Source: Mytilus edulis (lineage: Eukaryota). From it: a DNA stretch of 64,000 nucleotides. Both the position numbers and the translations under genes were made by a program. Every line of letters starts with the position of its first letter. The stretch's first letter is position 1. The notes below the pieces were generated by a model. That model searched no databases. It had not been told where the DNA came from and saw nothing but the letters and a program-made list of their open reading frames with translations. The stretch is taken from the NCBI RefSeq assembly GCF_963676685.1, contig NC_092347.1, positions 19,282,001 through 19,346,000 on the forward strand, written 5' to 3'. This document shows positions 51,676-64,000 of the stretch, in pieces.

Positions 51676-52654
51676 AAACAAAGTTACATCAATAATATGA
51701 TAGTATGTCCAATGAACAGAACCATTATATTGATTGACAACAATCAATGTATTAACAAAACAAACAAACATGTAATCTTTTTACAGCAAATATGTTATGA
51801 GTATTTAGTTACTAGTTTACCACATTATTTGACAGTCAGCAATCAATGTTAGATTTTATTACCATATATGCAAAAGCGTCATCTGAAAATAGGCGTTAGG
51901 TAGGATTAAAGTCAACTGGTATATCATTTATTAAAAATGAGAGCAGAATTGAGATCAGAACAGAACATTGAGGAAATCGTAGGAAACTAATTGAGTACGA
52001 CATGATGAAAAGCCATATCCATGCATTTATTTTGCACTGTATCCCACTGTGATTAAGTATTTGACATGAAATAATGATTCTATAGATAAAGTCAAGTATG
52101 ATTAAAATCGAGCGTTTGAAGTTTTGAGATGAATTATTCTAAGAATATTTAAATTTCTAATAGAAAAGTATCCATTGCCTTTTCATAATGGTGCATATAA
52201 TTCATCTTTTCAAAATGTAAGTTTGATAAGATGTTCGAAATGCTAGACAGGTTAAAAGGATTTTTAGATATGATTTGAAGTTCATTGATATTCTTTTACA
52301 ATTTATTGTTATTGAAACAAGTGTGGACACAGATGAGTGTGGATAGTATGTTTGACAGTGTTTTATGATAAATGTAGTTCTATGATTTTCCTATATGTGT
52401 TACTAACTGTGTTGCACGATGACAACCAACCGGAGCATTAGGAGTATTGTTTATTTATATTTAGTTTAGTTTTTATGTTCAAGACAGGCATGGAAGAGAC
52501 ACTAATTGCATTAGTTACCAAATGATTATGATAGAATATGTTCCACATCTTTGATTTTGGATACAATTTATAGCTAGGAGAGCAACACATAATAGGTTCA
52601 ATTTTTCGTGATTTTTTTTAAATTGGGAGATGATATCTGAGAACATGATATAAG

Positions 52655-52916
52655 GAGCATGTAATTCAGTGGTTGTCGTTTGTTTATGCGTTACATATTC
52701 GTTTTTTCTTTATTTTTTGTACATAAATAAGCCTGTTATTTTTCTCCTTTGAATTGTTTCACATTGTCATTTTGAGACCTTTTATAGCCGACTATGGTGC
52801 ATTAGCTTTGCTCATTGTTGAAGGTTGTGTGGCGACCGGTAATTGTTAATTTCTATGTCATTTTGGTCTGTTGTGGAGAATTGTCTCATTGGCAATCATA
52901 TCACATCTTTTTTTAT
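52655..52916 (-). repeat. Dispersed repeat family A copy
   Basis: TGTAATTCAGTGGTTGTCGTTTG...TTGTCTCATTGGCAATCATATCACATCTTTTTTTATAT. Confidence 0.85.
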
Positions 52917-54139
52917 ATGTATTTGCTAACTATTTGTATGGTTCTATTTATATATACTGAGCGCAAATGAAAACGCAACACTTGGTTTTTCAAAAATAAA
53001 ATTTATATTAGAAATTATGATCTTTCAAAATGAATTGTTCTTGAAAATTAACAATTCTAACAATAGATCGATATCAAACAAAAATGTTTCATTGTCATCT
53101 TTCGGGCGCAATAGATAAACGAAACATCCAATGTCGAATCATCAAATCACAGTCCTAACAAAAAATGTTACAACCCTGTTGTGCAGTGCAATCTCGACAG
53201 CGCCGTGGAATTGATCATCCCGGACGTTTAATGTGATCTCGAGGAATGTTATTCCACTTGTCCCGCAAAGCAAACTCAAGCTGACTTTTTGATATTGGTG
53301 GTGGTTTTCATCGTCTAAACCATGTCATTATTGAAACTAATAAAGTTAACATCTTAGTTTTGATATAATTGAAAGTTGTATTAACAGTTTTTAAACCGGA
53401 TTTTTCTTCCCTTTTTATTACTTGTAAGATTAACAAATTATTCTTTGTACAGAAAAAGCACTGGATTTGATTTCTTTATTATCATTAATTGTTCACAGCC
53501 ACTGTAAGATGAAATTCTATAAGTAGATTTGCAAATAATACAGTATCACAATTTACGTAATGATGCTATTCAACAAATAGGTAGTGTTATAGGATTGACA
53601 GTATTTATTCGATACATCTTGAATTGAAACTAAACAAACATGCCAAATGTTATTTTATATTGAAAGCAAAAGTTACTTGCAGATACTTGATTTCTTGCCC
53701 AGAACAAATTCTCGAGTGAAAAAGATAATTGTTATTTTTTATGCCAGCTATTCCAAAGCTAAGATTGTTTGACTATCAGTATGCAATTTCTTTTTATTAT
53801 GATATCATATATATAATTACAAATGAAAAAGGAGTAATTTCTGATATCCAAAATATAAACATTGAAAATATTAAATTCAAATAAAAAAGGACGTGCTCCA
53901 ATCATTATGTAAGCTGTGATTGTCTCGAAAAGAACTAGTTTTGCAGTAATTCGACTAAATCATAAACGTTTAGTTTTCGTAGATTTTGTCAAAACTCTCC
54001 CCTTTTCATCAAATGCCACTCATATTTCTTAAAATTTAATATGCTTTGGCAACTGCACATATTGATTTTACCGATTGAACATTATAACCTGTTAATCAAC
54101 GTCAAATTGAAACTTCAAATCATCAATAATATAAAACTT

Positions 54140-54419
54140 AAACTGTATACATGGTATACGTATACAATATCTATAAACTGTATACATGGTATACGTATAC
54201 AATATCTATAAACTGTATACATGGTATACGTATACAATATCTATAAACTGTATACATGGTATACGTATACAATATCTATAAACTGTATACATGGTATACG
54301 TATACAATATCTATAAACTGTATACATGTTATACGTATACAATATCTATAAACTGTATACATGGTATACGTATACAATATCTATAAACTGAATACATGGT
54401 ATACGTATACAATATCTAT
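54140..54419. repeat. 35-bp minisatellite x8 (AAACTGTATACATGGTATACGTATACAATATCTAT)
   Basis: Units at 54140 + 35n up to 54385; near identical. Confidence 0.95.
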
Positions 54420-57400
54420 AATCGAAGTTACTTATTTCATATATTGATATATCAGATTTTCCCCCAATTTCTGATTCAAAAGGAGAGAGAAGCTATACGA
54501 AAACTATACATCGAAGATATAAACGATAAATAGATAAAATTTCTAAAAAACAATAATCAGAAAAAACACAAACAATAGGTAGTCAACTCGTATGGTTCCA
54601 AATGGTACACAGTTCCGATTTCCCTAGTTTAAGTGTAATGTGTTTCATGGCAAATACAATGTCGGTGATTTCACTTTCAAAGGAATAGAGGAAGACATTG
54701 TTGTTACGACAAAATGGTTATTGTGACACAGATATTTCATAACTGACAAAGATAATACCTTAATTGTTTCCCCTATTTGTTTTTGTTAAATTTGCATTTG
54801 TCAAAACATTCTGCAGAATTCATCTTTGTAAAAATAAAGGGATATTTGGTATAAATAACGTTTCACCCTTCAACATTTAAAGTACTACAGTCAAACTTTC
54901 ACACATTATTTCATTGCATATAAGAAAATAACGATCACCGAAAGTAAACCAAGCACATTTTCACCTTTATTTCTCTGTTTATAAGCTTGAGTAAGCAGTC
55001 ACCGTTTCCAATTTGTTTGATTAGAACACCCTAATAAAAACAATGGTGCTTTGAAATACCCAAGATAAATGTTTATGAGTAGAAAAATATCTGCAATCAA
55101 CTAATTTCCTGAACCTGTTAAATTCAAGGGAATGTCCTTTTTTGAAACTTTTTAACATGAAACATTATGTGATGTACTATGTTTTAGTAGTATTACACTT
55201 GTAATCAGCTCCCAACTATCTAGGAAAGCATGATCGGAAACGTAAACTATCAACCAACAAACGAGTGTTAAACAACTGTCATACCCCTTGTTTTTATGGC
55301 GTTTTCTGAAGAAAATGTTCGATTAAAACTGGTTTTATAACTAGTTAAATCCTCTTTTGTATATGACAGCTGTATATAATTCCATCGTTTTGACAAAACT
55401 TGGTCAGCAACCCAAACAGGTATGATAGGTTTCGGTGACAATCATCATGATTCAGCAACCAAAACTGTGTAATCATACAACACAGACATACAACACAGGC
55501 ATACAACACAGACACACGACACAGACATACACCGCAACTGATAAAAATTGAAAAGCATACAACGAAAATCTTACAGTGACATCAACAACAAAAATTGTTG
55601 TAGTTAATGGTATATGTAAAAAAAAAAAGACATCAATAAAAAAGTTTTTGTAGTTGAACATAGTATTGACGGGAAATTTTTCTCCATAGACTGGTGTTGC
55701 CAAAGAATAGATTATAAAGTTATTTAATTACCCGTTGTCTATCTTTTTATGCGGCTTCACTAAATACTAGTAATTAACTGAAAAGAGTTTTGTGTTTAAA
55801 CATTTTGTTTAATCAAATACATGACTGTATGGTTGTATCATGACCTTCTTCAGCAAACAGAGTATCATCTTTAAATTATGATCACATGGATATTTTACAT
55901 ACTAAACAAAAATATAAAAAATAAAAAGACCATGTGTATACCATATTTAGTGATTGCTACTTTAGAATTAATACTATTGCAATGGAATTTCCAATACGTT
56001 AGCTAATTACAAAATTAGAAGAATTGTTAACTTGTTTAAGGATTTCAATTTGAAATGACATTTTGCAAATATTACTTCATTCCTTTATAACACATTATGC
56101 TCCAGCAAGTAATAGATTTTATTCTAAATTCTGTTTTCATTGAAGTCTAATGAATTGCAAGAACCAGATGGCTTTCATTTAAACAGTTACATGACCTTTT
56201 ATAATTCATTTAATTCTGAATCTTGTCAATGTAATTTCCTAGGTTTGATGAAAATGGAATATTTGAAAGTTAAAAAAAACTGTAAAATTGATGCCATGTC
56301 ATGTGTGAAGGTATTAAAACAGACAAAGTTACATGGAAAACTTGTTAACAGAACAACTTTAAATTCGTGCATATGTTCTGTAAATGCAACAAAATTACAT
56401 CATACATGCAATCAACCATCGCTTCCAGTATGTGCACACAAAAGACGGTTTAGTTAAACATGATTTGATCGTCGATATCATCCGTTCTTGAGAAATAAAC
56501 GAACACCATAATTTGTTCCTTAATACTGATATCAAATGAATTTTAAAAAAAAAGGGACTCATTTTGTTCCTGTTTAAGCTTTGAAAAATGAATTTTTAAC
56601 TTCTATGGAAGCTAATCGTTATCCTAATACACCAGCTTTCTTCATGTAGGATGACTTTATATGTGATAGTATACCATAGAAGTCTTTTTTAATATTCATC
56701 TCCGTTTAAACATTATGGAAACACCTTGCAAAGCTTTAGGTTCAGATCATTTAAATATTTTACTGTGACTTTACTGTAATTGTTACTTTCCAAGTATTGC
56801 AGTTAAAAATTATGACCAAATTGCAATTTGTTTTATCAAACCAGTTAAACTGTCAGACATTTTAATGAACTGCTGTAGTTTACCACAGTCAAGTCGTGGA
56901 AGTGCCAGGTGTTGATATAAAGCATACTTACAATCCTATAAGACTTTAACCCCACTTCATTGATATTATGAAAAAGAATTGCATAATTTCTTTACATACA
57001 TTCTTATTGAACTGCTTTTTTAAAAGGTGAAAGGTAATAGTTTATAAATTGCAAAAAAAAAAAATGTTAAAAAAAAATATTTCTTTTAGAATGGAATTTT
57101 CTATGCATGCTACAAAACTTTCTTTAAACCAGTCTCTTGAATTTTTGGAAAAATATTTTAAAAACTTGAATATACACATTTAAAATTTTAAACGGGAGTT
57201 TAGATCAATATTTAAACGATCTATGCTATAAGATGATCTCTTATTTAAACTTATTAACAATGTATTGTAATTTCACATATATTTTAGTCACTTTTTGAAT
57301 TATGTGTTAAACGATTTCTGTTTGTTTTACCTTTGACACATTTACACTTCAAATAAACAGAAGACTCTAAATGGAAAAGCAAAAAGTAAAACAGCAAAAA

Positions 57401-59361
57401 CCGCAAAGATATACTTTGACAGGGGATTATTACAGCCTTGTTTTTACTTCATTAATTATAAGTTTAAAAATATGTGTCTCATTTATACAATGGTAGTATC
57501 TAGACGTATACTGTGAAGACTACATTTCCTGTGGCTATTAGTCGAACACCCTGGCTAGTGGCAAAGTAAACAAAAACAAAAATCATTTTAGAAATTACTT
57601 TCATCATGCATGGCCGACTAAAAAAATAAAATATAAAAATATAAAAATATTTAGATCATACATACAAAATTCATAACAAACAAAATTTATTGGAAAACAT
57701 ACAACATAAATAACATTACACTAATGGAAGCCAAAAGAAAGGAAAATTAAGGAAACCCTGAAAGATGAGAGTGATAGGAAATCTTCTTTGGTACATCTAA
57801 CAAAAATGTACATCAACAATACTTAGCCTTTCACAAAGGAGTCCTTGTAAATATTTCATCAATATAGGACACTAAATGAAGTAGTATCTAGTAACTATAG
57901 ATAACCGAACGACCTTCAACAATAATCAAAACCAATACATGTACGTTTAAGCATGCTATGAAAGAACCCGACATGAAAAATGTACAACAATACAAAAGGG
58001 AAAACTAGCGGTCTGATTTATGTACAAAACAACATTGTGATATAAATAGAAGGCATTTACGCAAAACCTCCAAAAGTGACGGTCGTCACAAGAAACCCTC
58101 TCATTCAAAACCTTTGTGGCGAATTGCGACAACTATGCGTATGATAGTACAATGAACTACATCAAAACAACGGAAGTATAAAATGATATTTTATAATCTG
58201 CAGATCTCCAACCTTTCAATGAAATTGAAAAGTTGCCATGCTTCATAACAATCAGAATGTTAGATATCAAAAGGTGAAAAACACTTTGATAAGCATTTTC
58301 AGTGAAACGGAAATTATAGGATTTCACCTGCATTAGCATTAATATATACTGACAAAAATAAGCACGTAAAACATATTTAATTAAACATAAACAATAAAAC
58401 TTTAAAATAAAGACCATAAAATTCATTTTGTTATCCTATTACTGTCTTTCATTGACAATATGTTGTCTGATTGTCTTTTAAATTATTGTTTACTGGCTAA
58501 ATTGTCTATTAGTTAGAATCGTCTATTGTAGTTATTTTCATTTAGAGTTAAAGCGATGTCGATCAAAATGCTCATCTGAGTAGATCTAAGATTAATATTT
58601 AAGTGTGCATAAGTAATGAATGTTGACTCATTTCTGCAGCCCGATATAAAAGGTTCAGCCGTACTTCTAGGTAACCAAACTAAATAGGTTTAGGTTTATA
58701 CTGAAACATCACTGATCATTTAGGTGAAACAGTAAATTGGATATCAGGGTAGACTGAATATTTCGATTATAAACGGGAAGAGATATATGGTTTTCAGCAT
58801 AACAAATAAATAAAAGCAGCGAAGAACGGTCGAGATATAATTGTCAATGACAAGCAATCATTCGTACCTTATATCTCACTCTGACTAACATGGGATCTAT
58901 ACAAAATTTGAATGAATGCAACAAAACGATTACACACTTGTTTCGACCTGATTTTTTTAATGGGCAAAAAAATAATGACACTCACTAGATCCTTGATTTA
59001 GTTAAAGCACATCAGAAATCGAAGGCTTCAACTATATATTCTAGTGCGTACATAAACAAAGCGTAGAAGGTAATGTAAAGAAAAAAATCCGCTGAAAACA
59101 CTTTCTTAAATATTTTTGGAAATCTAAAGAACAACAAAACATATGCAAATAATCAGTAAAAAATCAAACCTACCTAATAGCTTTAATATTTTAATCTCTT
59201 GATATACACATATTATGATTGGTCATGAACAATATATGATATCAACCACTATAGCTCTAAATAGATCTTGGGTTTAAACAGAGAAGAGCGAAACGACCTT
59301 GTGTATTGCAATTGAAAATTCAAATAGTAATTATACGGATAGTGAAGCATTATTAGGTTGT

Positions 59362-60050
59362 AAATAAAGGCAACAGTAGTATACCGCTGTTCAAAACTCA
59401 TAAATCCGTGGACAAAAAACAAAATCGGGGTAACAAACTAAAATTGAGGGAAACGCATTAAATATAAGATGAGAATAACGACACAACATTAAAATGTAAC
59501 ACACACACACAGAAACGGACTAAACATTAGACAAAATCCTATGAGAATAACAAATAAAACATCAAAACCAAATACATGAATTTTGGGATAGATAAGTACC
59601 GTTACACGTATTATAGTAATGTGAATTCACACTCAAAAATAAGAGGAAACAAACGACACAACGGAAACACAACGTTAAAATGTAACACATACAGAAACGA
59701 ACTATAATATAACAATGGCCATATTACTGACTTGGTACAGGACATTTTTAAAGGGAAAAAATGGTGGGTTGAACCTAGTTTTGTGGCATGCCAAACCTCC
59801 CTCTTTTATGGCCATGTAAAATATTACATTAAAAGGACAACACAACATTACAGGACTACAATTTAAATAAATAGGAGAACCCAATTGACAAAGAAACACA
59901 CGAATAATAGCTAACTAAAGGCAACAAGTTTAAAATTTTAATACGCCAGAAGTGCATTTTGTCCACACAAGACTTACTAGTGACGCCCAAATACAAAAGT
60001 TGGAAAGCTGAAACAAGTACAAAGTTGAACAGCATCGAGGATCAAATTTG
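59362..60050 (+). mobile_element. Composite repeat: family C body joined to a retrozyme-derived segment with dead hammerhead (59943-59986, - strand)
   Basis: AAATAAAGGCAACAGTAGTATACCGCTGTTC head; CTGACTTGGTACAGG core; tail ACGCCAGA...AAGACTTACTAGTGACGC...AAAGTTGAACAGCATCGAGGA homologous to the 2250 and 9152 units. Confidence 0.75.
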
Positions 60051-60139
60051 TTTTTTTCTTACATTACAACTGAAAACAAACGGACAATATCATTTTAATA
60101 AAACTATATATGTATATATACAATACTAAATTGTGGCAG

Positions 60140-60400
60140 CCTGACAACGCCATAGCTATAAAATAAAAAGACAAACAGACAAATAATAGTACACAAGACA
60201 CAACAAAGAACAAAAAGACTGAGCCACAAGAACCCAAACAAAAACTGAGGTAAGGTAAGCAGCTCTTGCTCAGCATGTGGCACCCGTCGTGTTGCCCATA
60301 TTATTACTAACCCGATAAATAGTATAATTCACACTCGTGAAAAGGGAACGGGACTGTAGTTACGACATAAGGCATATATCCGATATCATCCGATATCATC
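60140..60400 (+). repeat. Dispersed repeat family D copy
   Basis: CTGACAACGCCATAGCTA...GGTAAGCAGCTCTTGCTCAGCATGTGGCACCCGTCGTGTTG. Confidence 0.7.
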
Positions 60401-61600
60401 ATAGACAGTCTTTGATAACTAAAAAAAACTATTTCAAAAATATGTGAAATATAATACCTAGAGCAGATAATTTTTTTAACACTAGCTAAATAACCAAATC
60501 ACCACGGTATATGGTTATCCATAGATTAACTGATTTCCCATCATTGCCAATCATAAAGTAAATATTGTATTCTAATAAATAAAGTGAATCTGTTTTAAAT
60601 AGTGCCGTGGCAAATAGACAAATGTTTAAATTTACTAAGAAATCGGTCAATACAACGACGAAATCCAAACTAATATTACTCAACAAAATGGACAAATTGG
60701 CAATTCTGTTCACAAATTTACGAAGATGTAATTTCACTATACTTTCGTGATGTAATAGAAGTCAATGTAATATCAATAATATAAAGTTAAGTGGTTTGTA
60801 CTATTTTGATAATCGAGACACAAAGAGGAAGAATGAAGGAATCAAAAGTCGGTTGTTTTGAATGTCTGTAATGTATGTTTACACAGTTTTAGCTACTAGA
60901 TTCCAATGCCTGTGACCTTAACCTTTTATAACGGTTTGCGTTGCTCACCAAGTGTTTTTTAATTTAACGCAACAAATTCCGGACAAGTGGGAGGAGCTAT
61001 CAAACTAGGTTTAACCCACCATTTTCGTTGGGAAATACATATAGCAAGTCATAAATAAGACATATGTTTTCCACTGATTGATACAAAAATTAATTAGTCA
61101 GTTATTAATGATTTCATCTGTTTAAATTTACATAGGAGTTCGGTTACCTGGTATGTAGAAATCTGTAACAATGCAAATATCAAAAGTAGTATTAATTCTA
61201 TAAACCTTTGAAGTTGATGATGTTGGAAGTTTTTAACGACCTTAACAACCTTGCCTTGCTATGCAGCCTTTGCACGGTTGAAGTTAAAAAAAGTATAATT
61301 TCATCAAGATTAAAACGTTGATATAAAAGTGCAACCCAATGCCACTAATAAATCTTCAGTTTGCATATCTAAATATATGATATTTAATATGATCGTTCAA
61401 TTGAAAACTAATTGACATAGAATCGGTTCGACTGGTCTTCGGAAGATTTCGAGGGTAACGAGAAAAAAGGACTAGTATTTCAATTTGTCAAAAATATCAA
61501 AACTGTCAAAGAACATTAGCACCGTCATGCAATATTGTACACAAGTTTAAAAATAAAAAGATCTCAAAGATTTGCATTGTCAATCAATTGTGTGTATAAT

Positions 61601-61960
61601 ATAAAAAAGAAGATGTGGTATGATTGCCAATGAGACAACTATCCACAAAAGACCAAAATGACACAGACATTAACAACTATAGGTCACAGTACGGCTTTCA
61701 ACAATGAGCAAAGCCCATACCGCATAGTCAGCTATAAAGGGCCCCGATAAGACACTGTAACACAATTCAAACGAGAAAACTTACGGCCTTATTTATGTAA
61801 AAAAAATGAACGAAAAACAAATATGTAACACATAAACAAACGACAACCACTAAATTACAGGCTCCTGACTTGGGACAGGCACATACATAAATAATGTGGC
61901 GGGGTTAAACATGTTATCGGGATTCCAACCCTCCCCATAACCTGGGATAGTGGTATATAA
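61601..61960 (+). repeat. Dispersed repeat family A, well-preserved copy
   Basis: ATAAAAAAGAAGATGTGGTATGATTGCCAATGAGACAAC...ACAGGCTCCTGACTTGGGACAGGC; related copies at 13070, 21510, 25667, 34295, 37668, 52655, 63245. Confidence 0.9.
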
Positions 61961-62081
61961 ACATGTTACACTATTTGATACAGGTATTTACAATATAAGT
62001 TGTATAAACTCTCTAAAGTTCAGTGACATACCATGTATGTATTAACATGATACACTATGTGGTACAAATTTTTCATCCAAG

Positions 62082-62192
62082 GTTGTCTAAAAGACATAGA
62101 ATTCCAGTGTAATGCCAGTGTGTGTATAGATATGATTAGACGTTGTGATACAAAACAGGACTGTGTGGACGGAAAGGATGAGGAGGGTTGTG
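62082..62192 (+). CDS. Exon encoding LDL-receptor class A module 2
   Basis: TTTTCATCCAAG acceptor, phase 1-1, 111 nt: CLKDIEFQCNASVCIDMIRRCDTKQDCVDGKDEEGC, G|GTAAGT donor. Confidence 0.92.
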
Positions 62193-63576
62193 GTAAGTAT
62201 AATACTCAAAGTCCAAAAATGTTTCATACCCAAAAATCAATGAAAATTTGCCTATTCTCAGTGAATTTTCGAGAAAAAAATCAAAATAAGAGCTATTTCT
62301 GACGTAATGCATGGATTGCAAGAATATACATTTTCCACAAAAAGAAGATTTTTTTAATTTAGTCATTGCATTAGCTACGATTTGTTGTGATTTTGGTGAA
62401 TTAATCCAAATTTGAAATTGTAACTCAAAACAAGATTCATTTCGAACATACTCTTTTTGGTGTATTCTTATTTGTGCCAAAACCAAAACTCTACTGATTC
62501 ATGATTTAACGGAAACGGGAAGTCTATCATTAGTAGTAGTATCGACAAAGAGAAAATAATTTGAACGTTTGATTAACGAAACATATTTCAGCAGAAATAA
62601 CCTGATACTCGCGAGAACCATAGCAAGTTCAAAAGTAACAAAATCAAAAAATGTCATATTTTAGTATTGGTTCACTATTAGTATTCTATTACTCATCTTA
62701 TGAATCGACACTATTTAATAATAGAACATGTATGTTATGATTATACTTATGGATGTAACAGTTGTTTTGTACTTAACATTGAAATATTTATACCAATTTC
62801 AATTGTTCGTGTAAATATTCTAAGTTTTAATCATTTTCTATAATATGATTTATTTCAGCCGTGAAAGCAATATCAAAAAACATCTTTATCCTTATTACTC
62901 ATGGCAATTAAGGCATTTTATTAAGCAGGAACATTATTCAATAAAGTCATACGATCTTATTTCAATCAACCTTATCTTCGAAGATCTTTTTTGAAAAGCT
63001 TTTCCATTTGTTTTGCAATTGACATACTTTTAAGAATAACAGCTTCATATATGCTTCATTAACAGTTGCATAATAGTTTGAGTTTACTGCATATATGGAT
63101 TGAAGTTTGTCTAATCATCCGCTCAAGTTCTTATTGATTTCTTAAATATAAAATGAAAATTTCAAAGTTGAACGGATATATGAAATCAATGCATTGTTAT
63201 TACATTAATGAAGTAGGATATCAGAACACATTAAGATCTTTATAAAAATAAGAAGATATGGTATGATTGCCAATGAAACAACTCTCCACCAGAGACCACA
63301 TGGCGTTGAAGTAAGCCACTATAGGTCACTTTTAGGCCTTGGACAATCCACAAAACCCATTTGACCATATTTTTTTTTAATGTCTTGTCTTATTTCTGTG
63401 TAATTTTATTATAATAACAAGGACATTTGGTATGAATTCTAAAATTAAGATAATTTGTTGCAACGCATTAGTAATGTTAGGTAATTTTGATACATGAGTA
63501 CTTGCAGATTCATAAATATGCATACGTCACTAACATGATAACGTGCTTACTATTGTCAATTTTTCATTTTTTTTAG

Positions 63577-63693
63577 CGGTATACGAATGTCCACCAACTC
63601 ACAGTAAATGTAAAAACCACTTTTGTGTACCACGTGATGCAGCATGTAATTTTGAAAATGACTGCGGTGATTGGTCTGATGAGCAACACTGTG
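63577..63693 (+). CDS. Exon encoding LDL-receptor class A module 3
   Basis: Polypyrimidine TTTTTTTTAG acceptor, phase 1-1, 117 nt: VYECPPTHSKCKNHFCVPRDAACNFENDCGDWSDEQHC, G|GTAGGT donor. Confidence 0.92.
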
Positions 63694-63864
63694 GTAGGTA
63701 TTTATTGTTTCGAATAAGGTCGAAAAATATATAAAGCGTGGTTAAATATAATGATCAGCTTTGTCAAAACAGGATTATTTCTGACTGATTGAATTAACAA
63801 TGTTTGGTGTTGTGTTGTTATTTGTTGTTGATCACAATAAACAAGACGAAGGTAAACACTAACC

Positions 63865-63980
63865 AAAGATACAAGGCGTATAATTTGGTAGATCAGATGC
63901 ATGTTTCTTGAGGTATAACTTTGGAAAGCCAACTGTTTTACGAAGTTGAAGAGTATTACAAACCGAAAATTCAGAAATGT
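63865..63980 (-). mobile_element. Highly decayed retrozyme remnant, hammerhead largely deleted
   Basis: AAAGATACAAGGCGTATAATTTGGTAGATCAGATGCATGTTTC...GAAAGCCAA...ACGAAGTTGAAGAG aligns by eye to 9170-9290. Confidence 0.55.
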
Positions 63981-64000
63981 TCAAAATTCGACTTTTGCAA

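Noticed and set aside
34055-54419. 23-53-bp repeat arrays as possible CRISPR arrays
   Set aside because: Head-to-tail repeats with no unique spacers, no cas genes, eukaryotic context.
56140-56457. 105-aa Cys-containing ORF in intron 2
   Set aside because: No LDLa or other recognisable cysteine pattern and no phase-1 splice pair.
62057-62302. ORF-track calls 62057-62302 and 63543-63734 as standalone genes
   Set aside because: Only the internal splice-bounded parts are coding; flanks are intronic read-through.

Overview
AT-rich, repeat-dense eukaryotic genomic DNA; the dispersed repeats look like those of a bivalve mollusc, probably Mytilus (inference from recalled repeat motifs, not a database hit). 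Almost all ORFs in the supplied track are spurious. One real spliced gene is supportable on the + strand: a signal-peptide exon (ATG 8385-8427), a ~42.8 kb intron, then three phase-1 exons each encoding one LDL-receptor class A module (51186-51356, 62082-62192, 63577-63693), continuing past the window. The most striking non-coding feature is a tandem array of ~360-bp units (2250-3075) whose - strand encodes minimal type I hammerhead ribozymes (retrozyme-like), with three more decayed copies elsewhere, all antisense to the gene. Also present: a 39-bp in-frame triplication of an exon end plus splice donor, a 2.1 kb CAC...GTG element with a 5-bp TSD (Transib/RAG-like signature), a Helentron-type HINE with ~500-bp internal repeats, TTAA- and 5-bp-TSD MITEs, tRNA-derived SINEs, several minisatellites, and an excess of TACATGTA motifs resembling transposon excision footprints. 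No rRNA, genuine tRNA or CRISPR array was found. Coordinates were counted by eye; ends of decayed repeats are approximate.
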